In this document: positions 16,544-25,271 of the stretch, one piece after another
Numbering within the stretch: the stretch's first letter is position 1
Layout of the letters: each line of letters opens with the position of its first letter
Source: Alphaproteobacteria bacterium UBA7314
GTDB lineage: Bacteria > Pseudomonadota > Alphaproteobacteria > MPNO01 > UBA830
Length of the DNA: 64,000 nucleotides
NCBI GenBank assembly: GCA_002471575.1
Contig: DKQG01000046.1
Span: 20,043 to 84,042, forward strand
Direction of reading: 5' to 3'
Made by a program: the position numbers and the translations under genes
The notes under the pieces: model-generated
What the model was told of the DNA's origin: nothing
The model's database searches: none
The model's input: the letters and a program-made list of their open reading frames with translations, nothing else

Positions 16544-18553
16544 TCATGCTGCTGTTTCGGGTCGCGAAACCGTCGCGCGCAAACGCACGCGGTCGCCGGG
16601 TGCGGTGCCTATGATATCCATACTGGTAGAACTGACGACGACGGCTTCCCCGTCGCCGGCGATCGTCGTCCACGCTCTCAGCGGGGCGCCTCGGCCGGTA
16701 ACCAGTTCGACCAGATCGCCGTCAGAAACGCCGATCCGGTCAGCCAGCGCCCGCGGGACAGCAAACTGTCGGCGCGGTCCGTCCGCGAGTTCCTCGTTGG
16801 ACAATTCCAGCGTTACTGTAATCTGCTCTTCGAACATCGCCTGACGACGCGCCTTCGTGGCGGCACCATCGACTGAGCCACCGTGGATCACCACGCCGAA
16901 GCGTGCCTCGGCATCGGCTTCCGACAGGTAATTTTCCGCAACGTCCGCCAGAACCTTCTCGGGTTCACGTTCGAGCGGATCCCCGTACCCGCCGCCGCCG
17001 GCAGTTTCCTCGCGTACGATATCACCCGGACGAAGGGCAAAACCCGACACCTTACCCGGCATGTCGGACGGTTCCACGATTTCGCCGTCCCGGATTACCA
17101 CGAAGCTGTTCGCAGCCCCGTTCGATGCCCCTTCGACGCCGTAAGGAGGTATCACGTTCTTTTCTGAGATAACTGAAAGCGCGCCCCGGCCGGAGAGGAT
17201 ACGGACATCACGGCGCAGGCCGAACCCCCCGCGGTATTCGCCATCGCCGCACATATTCTCACGGATTTCGCAGCGCTCGACACGCAGCGGAAACTGGCCT
17301 TCAACCATCTCCACCGACTGGATCGAATTAAAATCCCCTTCGTTGAAGCTGCGCACGGCGTTTGACCCATCGGTCCCGTCGGATGCGCCCGTGCCACCGG
17401 CAGGCCATTCGTAATGGATGTAGTTTCCACCTCCGTCATCTACCCCCGATATGATTACATGGTTCGCCCCACCTTTCAGATCGCCCACAGTCATTTCGGG
17501 TGCAACATGTCCCATAGCTGAAGCGACAACGGAATCGATCAGAAACTTACATTCTGCCATGCCGCCACAGGGGGCATCGTTCCGAGCATTGATAAAGGTG
17601 CCTTCCTCTGAAATTACGGTGATCGGGTTGAATGAACCCTGATTGATCGGCGTTTTCGGATCGAGGAAAGATTTCACGATCGTGCCCACGGCATTGAGCG
17701 CCATGGCGGGGCCACAATTGGTGGGGCCGTTGGTCTGCGCCGAAGTACCGGTGAAGTCCGCGATAATCTCGTCGCCCCGCACTGTCAGTTTCAGTTTGAC
17801 CACCAACGGATCGGGATTGGTACCGTCGCTTTCGATATACCCTTCCCCGAAATAATCGCCATCTGGACGTTCGGATATCTTTGCCCGAAGCTGCCGTTCC
17901 GAACGGTCGATCAGTTCCTCGACACCGCTCAACAAGCCGTCGCCGAACCGTTTGTACAATCGTTGCAGGTGTTCTTCCGCCTTGCGGCCGGTGCCAACCA
18001 TGGCGTTGAAATCGCCAAGCCGTTCAGACCGCGCCCGCATATTGTTAAACAACAGGTTCATGAACGGCTCGTTCATGACGCCACGGTCGCAAATCTTTGT
18101 GGGTTCGATACGAATTCCTTCTTGGATGATCTCATTTACCCGCCCGGACAGGCTGCCTGGCGTCATCCCGCCGACGTCGTTCCAGTGACACCGCATCGCG
18201 GCAAACATGCCGAGCTTGCCGCCTAAAAACACAGGCTGGAGCATCAGCACATCGTTGAGATGCGTGCCGCCCGTGTAGGGGTCGTTATGCAGGAACAGAT
18301 CACCCTCGTTGATGTCATCCTTGAAGGTTGCGACCACCTGTTGCGTCGAATACGGAACCGCGAAGATATGGATGGGATGATCCGCCAGCCCCTGCGCTAC
18401 CTGACGACCGTCCGCCGACATCAGCGCACAGGAAAAATCGTGGCCTTCATATATGATGGGCGCATAGGAGGAATGGATGATGTTCGCGCGCATCTCGTTA
18501 ACCACTGCGATTAGCGATTCCCGGATAAGTTCAAGCTGCACAAGATCTTTCAA
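16544..18553 (-). CDS. hyuB: Hydantoinase B/oxoprolinase family, B subunit, with an extra C-terminal domain of about 90 aa
   Basis: HyuB blocks LELIRESLIAVVNEM, NDPYTGGTHLND and GGGGYGDP are present. I prefer the TTG start at 18553, which has GGAGG 5 nt upstream and gives MKDLVQLELIR. The track ATG at 18622 is the alternative. Confidence 0.9.
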   Translation of the reverse strand: MKDLVQLELIRESLIAVVNEMRANIIHSSYAPIIYEGHDFSCALMSADGRQVAQGLADHPIHIFAVPYSTQQVVATFKDDINEGDLFLHNDPYTGGTHLNDVLMLQPVFLGGKLGMFAAMRCHWNDVGGMTPGSLSGRVNEIIQEGIRIEPTKICDRGVMNEPFMNLLFNNMRARSERLGDFNAMVGTGRKAEEHLQRLYKRFGDGLLSGVEELIDRSERQLRAKISERPDGDYFGEGYIESDGTNPDPLVVKLKLTVRGDEIIADFTGTSAQTNGPTNCGPAMALNAVGTIVKSFLDPKTPINQGSFNPITVISEEGTFINARNDAPCGGMAECKFLIDSVVASAMGHVAPEMTVGDLKGGANHVIISGVDDGGGNYIHYEWPAGGTGASDGTDGSNAVRSFNEGDFNSIQSVEMVEGQFPLRVERCEIRENMCGDGEYRGGFGLRRDVRILSGRGALSVISEKNVIPPYGVEGASNGAANSFVVIRDGEIVEPSDMPGKVSGFALRPGDIVREETAGGGGYGDPLEREPEKVLADVAENYLSEADAEARFGVVIHGGSVDGAATKARRQAMFEEQITVTLELSNEELADGPRRQFAVPRALADRIGVSDGDLVELVTGRGAPLRAWTTIAGDGEAVVVSSTSMDIIGTAPGDRVRLRATVSRPETAA

Positions 18554-18625
18554 AACGGCCTCCAGCGGCTTCGATGGACGGATCAGTATCCACGATGTAG
18601 CAGCCGATCCCCTTGATTCCAAGAA

Positions 18626-18647
18626 AATTTTACACTAACGTAAAATT
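18626..18647. promoter_or_regulatory. Palindromic operator candidate AATTTTAC-N6-GTAAAATT (copy 1), hyuB / CoA-ligase divergent promoter
   Basis: AATTTTACACTAACGTAAAATT has perfect 8-bp arms. A near-identical site lies at 22132-22153. Confidence 0.5.
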
Positions 18648-18763
18648 ATATCCGGGAAGTCTCTTTTTCAGGCATAGAGACGGTCTGCGTGTTCGATCCC
18701 GAAACGGTTGGCCAAGAGCAATGCGCGCTCTAAATTCTATACAGATAAAAAGGCAAAGGCGTC

Positions 18764-20419
18764 ATGATAGAACCGACTTCTCATGTAGACACATTCATCC
18801 GCGACAACATGCCCGCCCCGGAATTATGGCCGGAGATGGATTATTCGGTTCTGCCGGAGCTTGCGGACTACCCCACCCGTTTTAACATTGCCGATGTCCT
18901 GATCGACCAACAGGTTGCCGCGGGCTACGCCGACACCGCGGCATTAATTTTCGGCGACGTGACCTGGACATACACGGAACTGATGGATCGCGCCAATCAG
19001 ATTGCGAACGTTTTGGTAGAGGATTACGGCTTCGTCCCCGGCGAGCGGGTGCTTATCCGCAGCGGCAATCACCCGATGCTGATCGCGTCATGGCTGGCGG
19101 TGCTGAAAGCCGGTGGCGTGGCGATTACTACGATGCCGGTGCTGCGCGAACGCGAACTGGTCTACATGATCGACAAGGCCAAAGTACGTTTTGCCATTTC
19201 GCACGACAACCTGGCCAAAGACATCGACAGGGCGCAGAACGGCGCACCTGACCTCGAACACATCCTTTATTTTGGGGCCGACCGTAACGATGCGCTCGAA
19301 AAGATCATGGAAGGCAAGTCCAAGACCTTCGAAAATGTCGATACCGCCGCCGACGACCCGGCAATCATCGGTTTCACGTCCGGATCGACCGGAACCCCTA
19401 AGGGCACGCTTCACTTCCACCGCGATATCCTGGCTGCCGCCGATTGCTTCATAGGGCACGTTGTCAAGATCAGACCGGGCGACATCGTGTGCGGCAGCCC
19501 TCAGATTGCGTTCCTGTACGGGCTTTGCGCCTTCATCGCGGATACATTCCGGTTCGGGGCAACGGCCGTGCTGCTGGAGCGCGGCACGCCGGAAGCGGTT
19601 CTGGAGACGATTGAGAAACACAAGGCGACTGTCTGCTTTTCGACGCCATCCGGCTACAAGCTGATGCTCGACAAGGCGCGGGACTACGATCTGTCCAGCC
19701 TGAGGGAGTGCGTTGGTGGCGGAGAGCCGCTGCTGCCTGCCATCTTCAACGAATGGAAGGAGATCACTGGCGTCGAGATGATAAACGGCTTAGGCATTTC
19801 GGAACTGTTGCACATCTTCATTTCAGCCAGCGGCGACGACATCAAGCCGGGCGCCATCGGCAAGGCGGTACCCGGTTTTGAGGTCCGTGTGGTGGACGAA
19901 CAGTTCGAAGACGTCAAACCAGGCGAAACGGGGCTGATGGTCGTCAAGGGCCCCAATGGCTGCCGTTACCTGGACGACCTGGAGAAGCAGAAGGCCTATA
20001 TTCAAGACGGCTGGAACAAATCAGGCGATTTGTGCCGCATCGACGAGGACGGCTATTTCTATTACGAAGCTCGAACTGACGACATGATCTTGACTGGTGG
20101 CTATAATGTCTCGGGTCTGGAAGTAGAGGCGGTGCTGCTGGAACATCCCACGGTCCATGAAGCCGCCGTCGTCGGCACACCGGACAAAGACCGGGGACAG
20201 ATCGTGAAGGCGTTCATAATCCCCAAGGATGCCGATAGCGTTGGCGAGGAAACCGTTTCAGAGTTGCAGGATTTCGTTAAATCGCAGATATCTGCATTCA
20301 AGTATCCGCGGTCGGTGGAGTTCGTCGACAAACTACCGCTAACCGCGACCGGAAAAATCCAGCGCGGCGCCCTGCGCCAGCTGGAGCGCGAACGTGCGGA
20401 AGAAGCCGGTATTATTTGA
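18764..20419 (+). CDS. AMP-forming acyl/aryl-CoA ligase (benzoate / 2-aminobenzoate-CoA ligase-like)
   Basis: AMP-binding motifs FTSGSTGTPKG, YGLCAF, GDL and KIQR are present. The N-terminal HVDTFIRDNMPAPELWPE resembles aryl-CoA ligases (from memory). Confidence 0.9.
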   Translation: MIEPTSHVDTFIRDNMPAPELWPEMDYSVLPELADYPTRFNIADVLIDQQVAAGYADTAALIFGDVTWTYTELMDRANQIANVLVEDYGFVPGERVLIRSGNHPMLIASWLAVLKAGGVAITTMPVLRERELVYMIDKAKVRFAISHDNLAKDIDRAQNGAPDLEHILYFGADRNDALEKIMEGKSKTFENVDTAADDPAIIGFTSGSTGTPKGTLHFHRDILAAADCFIGHVVKIRPGDIVCGSPQIAFLYGLCAFIADTFRFGATAVLLERGTPEAVLETIEKHKATVCFSTPSGYKLMLDKARDYDLSSLRECVGGGEPLLPAIFNEWKEITGVEMINGLGISELLHIFISASGDDIKPGAIGKAVPGFEVRVVDEQFEDVKPGETGLMVVKGPNGCRYLDDLEKQKAYIQDGWNKSGDLCRIDEDGYFYYEARTDDMILTGGYNVSGLEVEAVLLEHPTVHEAAVVGTPDKDRGQIVKAFIIPKDADSVGEETVSELQDFVKSQISAFKYPRSVEFVDKLPLTATGKIQRGALRQLERERAEEAGII

Positions 20420-20442
20420 ACCCGAATAACGAAAGACGAACC

Positions 20443-21039
20443 ATGTCCGAACTGAATAACCTAAACAGCAACACCATCGACTTTCTGACCAGCCGCCGAT
20501 CTACGGTGGCTCGGATGATGGATGGTCCGGGCCCTAGCGAACACGATCTGCGCAAAATCATGGAAGCCGGGATGCGGGTCCCCGATCACGGCCGCTTGAC
20601 GCCGTGGCGGTTTATAGTGATCCGCGGGGATGCGCGAGAAAAACTGGGAAATGTCATCGCGGATTCGTTCAAGAGGAACAACCCGGACGCGATTGAAGAA
20701 CAGGTTGAGATCGAGCAGGAACGGTTGACGCGGGCACCGGTCGTTATCGCGGTCGTCTCCCACGTCCAGCGGGAACACAAAATTCCGGAGTGGGAACAGG
20801 TTCTTTCGTCAGGCGCCGCCTGCCAGACTATGCTGATCGCCGCCCAATCAATGGGATATGCGGCGCAGTGGCTTACCGAATGGTACGCCTACGACGCGAG
20901 CGTCAAGCAGGCTATCGGGGCCGGTCCAGAGGGCGAGATCGCCGGATTTCTGTATCTCGGCAACGGCATAAGCGATCTGTCCGATCGTGCCCGCCCAGAG
21001 TACGAGGATATTGTCTCCGAATGGTCGCCTAGCGACTAG
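20443..21039 (+). CDS. Nitroreductase family protein (YdjA-like)
   Basis: Blocks LTSRRSTV, MRVPDHGRLTPWRFIVI, IPEWEQVLSSGAACQ and IAGFLYLG parallel E. coli YdjA (from memory). A TTG at 20416 overlapping the upstream stop is an alternative start. Confidence 0.85.
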   Translation: MSELNNLNSNTIDFLTSRRSTVARMMDGPGPSEHDLRKIMEAGMRVPDHGRLTPWRFIVIRGDAREKLGNVIADSFKRNNPDAIEEQVEIEQERLTRAPVVIAVVSHVQREHKIPEWEQVLSSGAACQTMLIAAQSMGYAAQWLTEWYAYDASVKQAIGAGPEGEIAGFLYLGNGISDLSDRARPEYEDIVSEWSPSD

Positions 21040-21073
21040 AACTAAACTGAATAAATGAATTTAAGTTAAGATA

Positions 21074-22060
21074 TTAACTCATTGATATAACTACTTTTCC
21101 TTGGATCTTCCGGTCGATGATAATTTGGCAGGCATCGACCACTTGGTCCATCGGATAGACCGCCTGAACGGGTACGTGAATCTTGCCGTCCGCGACCATG
21201 TCAAACAGCTCGGCCTGAACCCGCTGGACCCATTCGGGATCGCGGTCGCGGTACTCGGCCCAGTTAACGCCAGTGACCGCGATATTTTTCAACAGCGCAT
21301 AGTTGACCTTAAAAGTCGGGATAGTTCCCCCCGTGAAGCCGACAACCACCAGGCTGCCACCGAAGTTCAGCGCCCTTACAGATCCATCGAAAACCTCGCC
21401 GCCGACGATCTCGATCACAATATCGACGCCACCGCCGGTAATTTCCCGAATATCGTCTCGGATCGTGTCTCGCACCTCGGCGCCCGACACGTCGATAACA
21501 TTATCGGCGCCATTTGCACGTGCCAGACTCTCTTTCGACATGGTGGTCAGACCGGCGATGACTTCGCAACCCCACGCCTTCGCAAGCTGCATTGCGGCCA
21601 GCCCCACGCTGCCGGAGGCGCCGGTGACCAGCACTTTGTGTCCATGTTTCAGGTTTGCCCGCGCGAATAGCGCGAAATGCGCTGTTTGATAGGCGATACC
21701 GATCGCCGCCGCTTCCTCGAACGAGACATCTTCGGGGACCGGATAACACTGTGATTCATCTGCCAGCACTTCCTGCGCGTAGGTGCCGTATTCAACCTGT
21801 ACCATCACACGATCGCCGACTTTCAACCTGTCGACGCCGGCCCCAACTTCCTTTACCACGCCGGCGCCTTCCTTGCCAGGCGTGAAGGGTAACGGCGGTC
21901 GGACCTGATATTTTCCCTCCATAACAAGCAGATCGGGGAAATTGATAGCGGCTGCCCGATTATCGACAACGACCTGGCCGGGACCCGGCTGCAGGGAATT
22001 GATTTCCTCAATCACTAGGTCCTCCGGTGGCCCCAGCTTCTTGGCGACGATAGCCCGCAT
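21074..22060 (-). CDS. NADPH:quinone oxidoreductase / zeta-crystallin-type MDR family protein
   Basis: The start at MRAIVAKKLG (22060) is preceded by AAGGA. Blocks INFPDLLVMEGKYQ and VLVTGASGSVGLAAMQLAK are present. Confidence 0.85.
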   Translation of the reverse strand: MRAIVAKKLGPPEDLVIEEINSLQPGPGQVVVDNRAAAINFPDLLVMEGKYQVRPPLPFTPGKEGAGVVKEVGAGVDRLKVGDRVMVQVEYGTYAQEVLADESQCYPVPEDVSFEEAAAIGIAYQTAHFALFARANLKHGHKVLVTGASGSVGLAAMQLAKAWGCEVIAGLTTMSKESLARANGADNVIDVSGAEVRDTIRDDIREITGGGVDIVIEIVGGEVFDGSVRALNFGGSLVVVGFTGGTIPTFKVNYALLKNIAVTGVNWAEYRDRDPEWVQRVQAELFDMVADGKIHVPVQAVYPMDQVVDACQIIIDRKIQGKVVISMS

Positions 22061-22131
22061 CACATTTTTATCCTTACTTCGAGGTCGGTTGCTGCGTTCA
22101 CACTCTATCGTAGAAATCGATCCGTACAACT

Positions 22132-22153
22132 AATTTTACATAAACGTAAAATT
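22132..22153. promoter_or_regulatory. Palindromic operator candidate AATTTTAC-N6-GTAAAATT (copy 2), qor / ald divergent promoter
   Basis: AATTTTACATAAACGTAAAATT has the same 8-bp arms and the same spacing as 18626-18647. The flanks also match (..TTAT after the site). Confidence 0.5.
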
Positions 22154-22216
22154 ATGTGTGATATAGAGAAAATCCGCGCTACATAGAACGCGGATAGCGA
22201 CGCAAAGGAGCAGAGA

Positions 22217-23335
22217 ATGCTGATCGGCGTTCCAAGGGAAATCAAATCTTTCGAAAACCGCGTCGGCATGACACCCGCAAGCGTGCGCGAAATCATCGCC
22301 GCGGGTAACCGGGTACTGGTTGAACGAAACGCTGGTCATACGATCGGCTTCGACGACACGGATTACGAAGCCGCGGGCGCCAAGATCGCCGCATCGGCCG
22401 CCGACGTCTTCGCCGAGGCAGACATGATCGTGAAGGTCAAGGAACCGCAGCCGGTCGAAATCGAAATGCTCCGTGAAGGCCAGATCCTTTTTACCTATTT
22501 GCATCTTGCCCCTGATGAGGCACAGACACAGGGTCTGATGGACAGCGGCTGTACCGCGATCGCCTATGAAACCGTGACCGACAGCCGCTGTGGACTACCG
22601 CTGCTGGCACCGATGAGCGAGGTTGCAGGACGCATGGCGGTCCAAGCAGGCGCGACCTCCCTTGAAATCACCCATGGCGGCCGCGGTGTGCTGCTGGGCG
22701 GCGTACCGGGCGTAACACCGGGCAAGGTCGTCGTGATCGGCGGCGGAGTGGTGGGCAGCAATTCGATCTTCGTCGCGACAGGTATGGGTGGACATGTCAC
22801 GGTCATCGACCGCGACATCCGCCGTCTCGCCGAAATCGACGCACAATACAAAAGCCTTATAACCACTCGGTTTTCCAACCAGGCCAATATCGAGGAAGCA
22901 GTCCTCAGTGCCGATCTTGTCATCGGTGCGGTGCTCGTGCCGGGTGCGGAAGCTCCCAAATTGGTCACCACTGACATGGTGAAGAAGATGAAACGCGGCG
23001 CAGTGATCGTGGATGTCGCCATCGATCAGGGTGGGTGCTGCGAGACCAGCCGGCCAACCACCCATGACGAGCCGACCTACGTGGTCGACGAAGTGGTGCA
23101 TTACTGTGTCGCGAACATGCCAGGCGGGGTCGCCCGAACGTCCACCTTTGCGCTCAATAATGCCACCCTGCCTTTCGCCCTGAAAATCGCCGGGAACGGC
23201 GTAAAAGAGGCACTCAACGACGACCCGCACCTGATGGCGGGTCTGAACATACACGCTGGCAAGCTGACGTACGAAGCGGTAGCCACGGCACAGAACCGGG
23301 AATACACCCCGTCGGAAGCTGCTTTGGTGTCTTAA
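22217..23335 (+). CDS. ald: Alanine dehydrogenase
   Basis: The N-terminus MLIGVPREIKSFENRVGMTPASVRE, the block KVKEP and the NAD fold VVVIGGGVVGSN are present, with the typical length of 372 aa. Confidence 0.95.
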   Translation: MLIGVPREIKSFENRVGMTPASVREIIAAGNRVLVERNAGHTIGFDDTDYEAAGAKIAASAADVFAEADMIVKVKEPQPVEIEMLREGQILFTYLHLAPDEAQTQGLMDSGCTAIAYETVTDSRCGLPLLAPMSEVAGRMAVQAGATSLEITHGGRGVLLGGVPGVTPGKVVVIGGGVVGSNSIFVATGMGGHVTVIDRDIRRLAEIDAQYKSLITTRFSNQANIEEAVLSADLVIGAVLVPGAEAPKLVTTDMVKKMKRGAVIVDVAIDQGGCCETSRPTTHDEPTYVVDEVVHYCVANMPGGVARTSTFALNNATLPFALKIAGNGVKEALNDDPHLMAGLNIHAGKLTYEAVATAQNREYTPSEAALVS

Positions 23336-23412
23336 GGTCGTTCGTCTAGCTCTCGTTTGTTGGCTGCCAACTACCGAAAATTGTTGTATCGGTTGGCGCC
23401 GTTTGCCCGAAA

Positions 23413-23577
23413 TTACGACAGATCAAAGACGTACAATAATACTATAGCTCGCTCGACTAGATCAGAGCTGCGATAACCACCAAGCTTCTTCTCTAGTCCA
23501 TCGACTATTGCGGTTCGCTCTCGATCGGATGTCAACTCAATGGTGAACCCGAAATTTCTGCGGACGACCTGTATCAT
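23413..23577 (-). CDS. Candidate small ribbon-helix-helix-like protein (54 aa), very uncertain
   Basis: My own translation gives MIQVVRRNFGFTIELTSDRERTAIVDGLEKKLGGYRSSDLVERAIVLLYVFDLS, a beta-alpha-alpha pattern like CopG/ParD antitoxins. There is no Shine-Dalgarno sequence, no adjacent toxin gene and only weak codon bias. Confidence 0.2.
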   Translation of the reverse strand: MIQVVRRNFGFTIELTSDRERTAIVDGLEKKLGGYRSSDLVERAIVLLYVFDLS

Positions 23578-23586
23578 GAGGGCGGA

Positions 23587-23621
23587 AGAAAACGGCGAAT
23601 CCCGATACAGCTCGCCGTTTC
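23587..23621 (-). terminator. Probable rho-independent terminator of the GT9-TetR transcript
   Basis: On the minus strand the sequence is AAACGGCGA-(13-nt loop)-TCGCCGTTT followed by TCTTCC. It begins about 50 nt after the TetR stop. Confidence 0.4.
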
Positions 23622-23673
23622 TCTGATCGAAGAAAGTAGGCTGCCCAAGCCGGCATAGTCGTTGCGGAGGGGT

Positions 23674-24282
23674 TTAGCCCGCCTCCAGGCTGCGCAGCAC
23701 CATCCGGTTGTACATCTCGATAAGCTCCGGCACGGGGAGCGACTCGCCCGGTTTGTACCAGCGCGCCGCCCAGTTACAGAGACCGAGAATACCAAGATGC
23801 GCGATCCGCGGATCCAGCGACCTATCGAAAACGCCGGCTGTTTGTCCTTCCTCGATAATGTCGATCCACAGTCGTTCGTAATCGTCCCAGATAGGCCGCA
23901 TTTCGGCGAGAACGTCCTCGTTCTCTGAGAAATAGTCATCGCGCAGCGTAATCTGGGATTCGGCGAAACGGTTTTCGAACCGCATCAGGTGATTTTCCAC
24001 CGTCTGGCGCATCTTTTCGTCCGGCGGAACATCACTCTCCCGTATTTCCCTGACGCGGTCACGGAGCTGCAGTCCGAGCGGCTTGATGATCTCGATTAGT
24101 ATCTGGGGCCGATTGGGAAAATAGTAGTAAAGCCCTTCGCGCTTGATCCCAACCGCGCGGGCGATATCGTCCAACGAGGTATTTGAGTAGCCCTTACGCA
24201 GAAACAAATCCTGCGCCGCTTGCAGGATTTCCTCCCGCCGGTTTTCGCGGCGTTGTGCGGCAGTAGTGCGCTGCGCAGTCAC
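23674..24282 (-). CDS. TetR/AcrR family transcriptional regulator
   Basis: The HTH block ILQAAQDLFLRKGYSNTSLDDIARAVGIKREGLYYYFPNR is present. The GTG start overlaps the upstream stop (GTGA). Confidence 0.9.
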   Translation of the reverse strand: MTAQRTTAAQRRENRREEILQAAQDLFLRKGYSNTSLDDIARAVGIKREGLYYYFPNRPQILIEIIKPLGLQLRDRVREIRESDVPPDEKMRQTVENHLMRFENRFAESQITLRDDYFSENEDVLAEMRPIWDDYERLWIDIIEEGQTAGVFDRSLDPRIAHLGILGLCNWAARWYKPGESLPVPELIEMYNRMVLRSLEAG

Positions 24283-25250
24283 GTGGTTCCCCTCTCCGAG
24301 GTATTTTTTACGGATGCGTAAAGTTTTTCAAGCGCGGCGTAAGCGCTGTCGACTGTCAGCGACTCCATTAGAGACCGCTGGCTTGTGTAATCGAATCCGT
24401 CAGCCATCACGATTTCCTTGAAAGCTTCGGGCGTACGCACGGCTGCGCAATGTTCCCCCCACGGCCCGTAGCGGGTTTCGGACGACGGCCCGAAGAGTCC
24501 CAGCGTCGGCGTCCCCGCCGCTGCCGCTATATGCATCAGCCCGGAGTCGTTCCCGACATAAAAATTTGCCAACCGAATGCAGGCGGCAGCAACCCGCAGC
24601 GGTTGCCCCATAAGATCTACCCGCTGCGCCGTCGGTAGTGCCTCCAGAACTGGCTGTGCCATCTTTCGCTCTGATCCGGCTCCCAGCACGGCAACCGCCG
24701 CGCCAGGCAATATGCCGTCCGGCGCAGTAGCCTGCTTCACAAGTTTGGCAAAACGGTCCGCCGGCCATTGTTTGCCCCCCCAGTTCGCCGTCGGCCCGAT
24801 AGCAAGGATCGGGCCTGTTTCCGGTAGCAGCGATTTAGCCGCTGCACGGTCGGTATCGGCAAGCCAGAGTGTTGGCTCCGGCGGCGACGGCAGCCCAGTC
24901 AAGACAGCCAGTTCCCGGACCCGATGGATAGTCTCGTCGCGATGGACGCCGACCATGCGCCTCCGCGCCCATAAAAGCCGGGCTATCGCCGATCCCCGAA
25001 GGTCGCAAATGATATCCCAGCGTTTCAGCGCAACCACCGACCAAAGCGCGATCCAGTGACTGTGAAACCGCTTTTTTTCGGTGACGATCAGCCGGTCGAG
25101 GTTGGGCATGGTTTCGAACAGGGGTGCCGGCGGAACACCGCAGGCAATGGTGAAACGCGCATCAGGATAGCGTGCGGCGAAATCGGCAACTACGCCCGTC
25201 GACAGGACGGCGTCACCGATTCGTGTCGCGGTGATAAAGAGGATTTTCAA
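24279..25250 (-). CDS. Glycosyltransferase family 9 (heptosyltransferase-like)
   Basis: Blocks KILFITATRIGDAVLS and GNDSGLMHIAAAAGTPTLGLFGPS are present. A TTG start at 25250 gives the family-typical MKILFI N-terminus. The track ATG at 25337 is the alternative. Confidence 0.8.
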   Translation of the reverse strand: MKILFITATRIGDAVLSTGVVADFAARYPDARFTIACGVPPAPLFETMPNLDRLIVTEKKRFHSHWIALWSVVALKRWDIICDLRGSAIARLLWARRRMVGVHRDETIHRVRELAVLTGLPSPPEPTLWLADTDRAAAKSLLPETGPILAIGPTANWGGKQWPADRFAKLVKQATAPDGILPGAAVAVLGAGSERKMAQPVLEALPTAQRVDLMGQPLRVAAACIRLANFYVGNDSGLMHIAAAAGTPTLGLFGPSSETRYGPWGEHCAAVRTPEAFKEIVMADGFDYTSQRSLMESLTVDSAYAALEKLYASVKNTSERGTT

Positions 25251-25271
25251 TGAAACATCATCCCGGGTGTG

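Noticed and set aside
23574-23939. A 121-aa minus-strand ORF overlapping the 3' half of the TetR gene.
   Set aside because: It is out of frame with the clearly identified TetR coding sequence and has an Arg/Ser/Cys-rich translation with no motifs.
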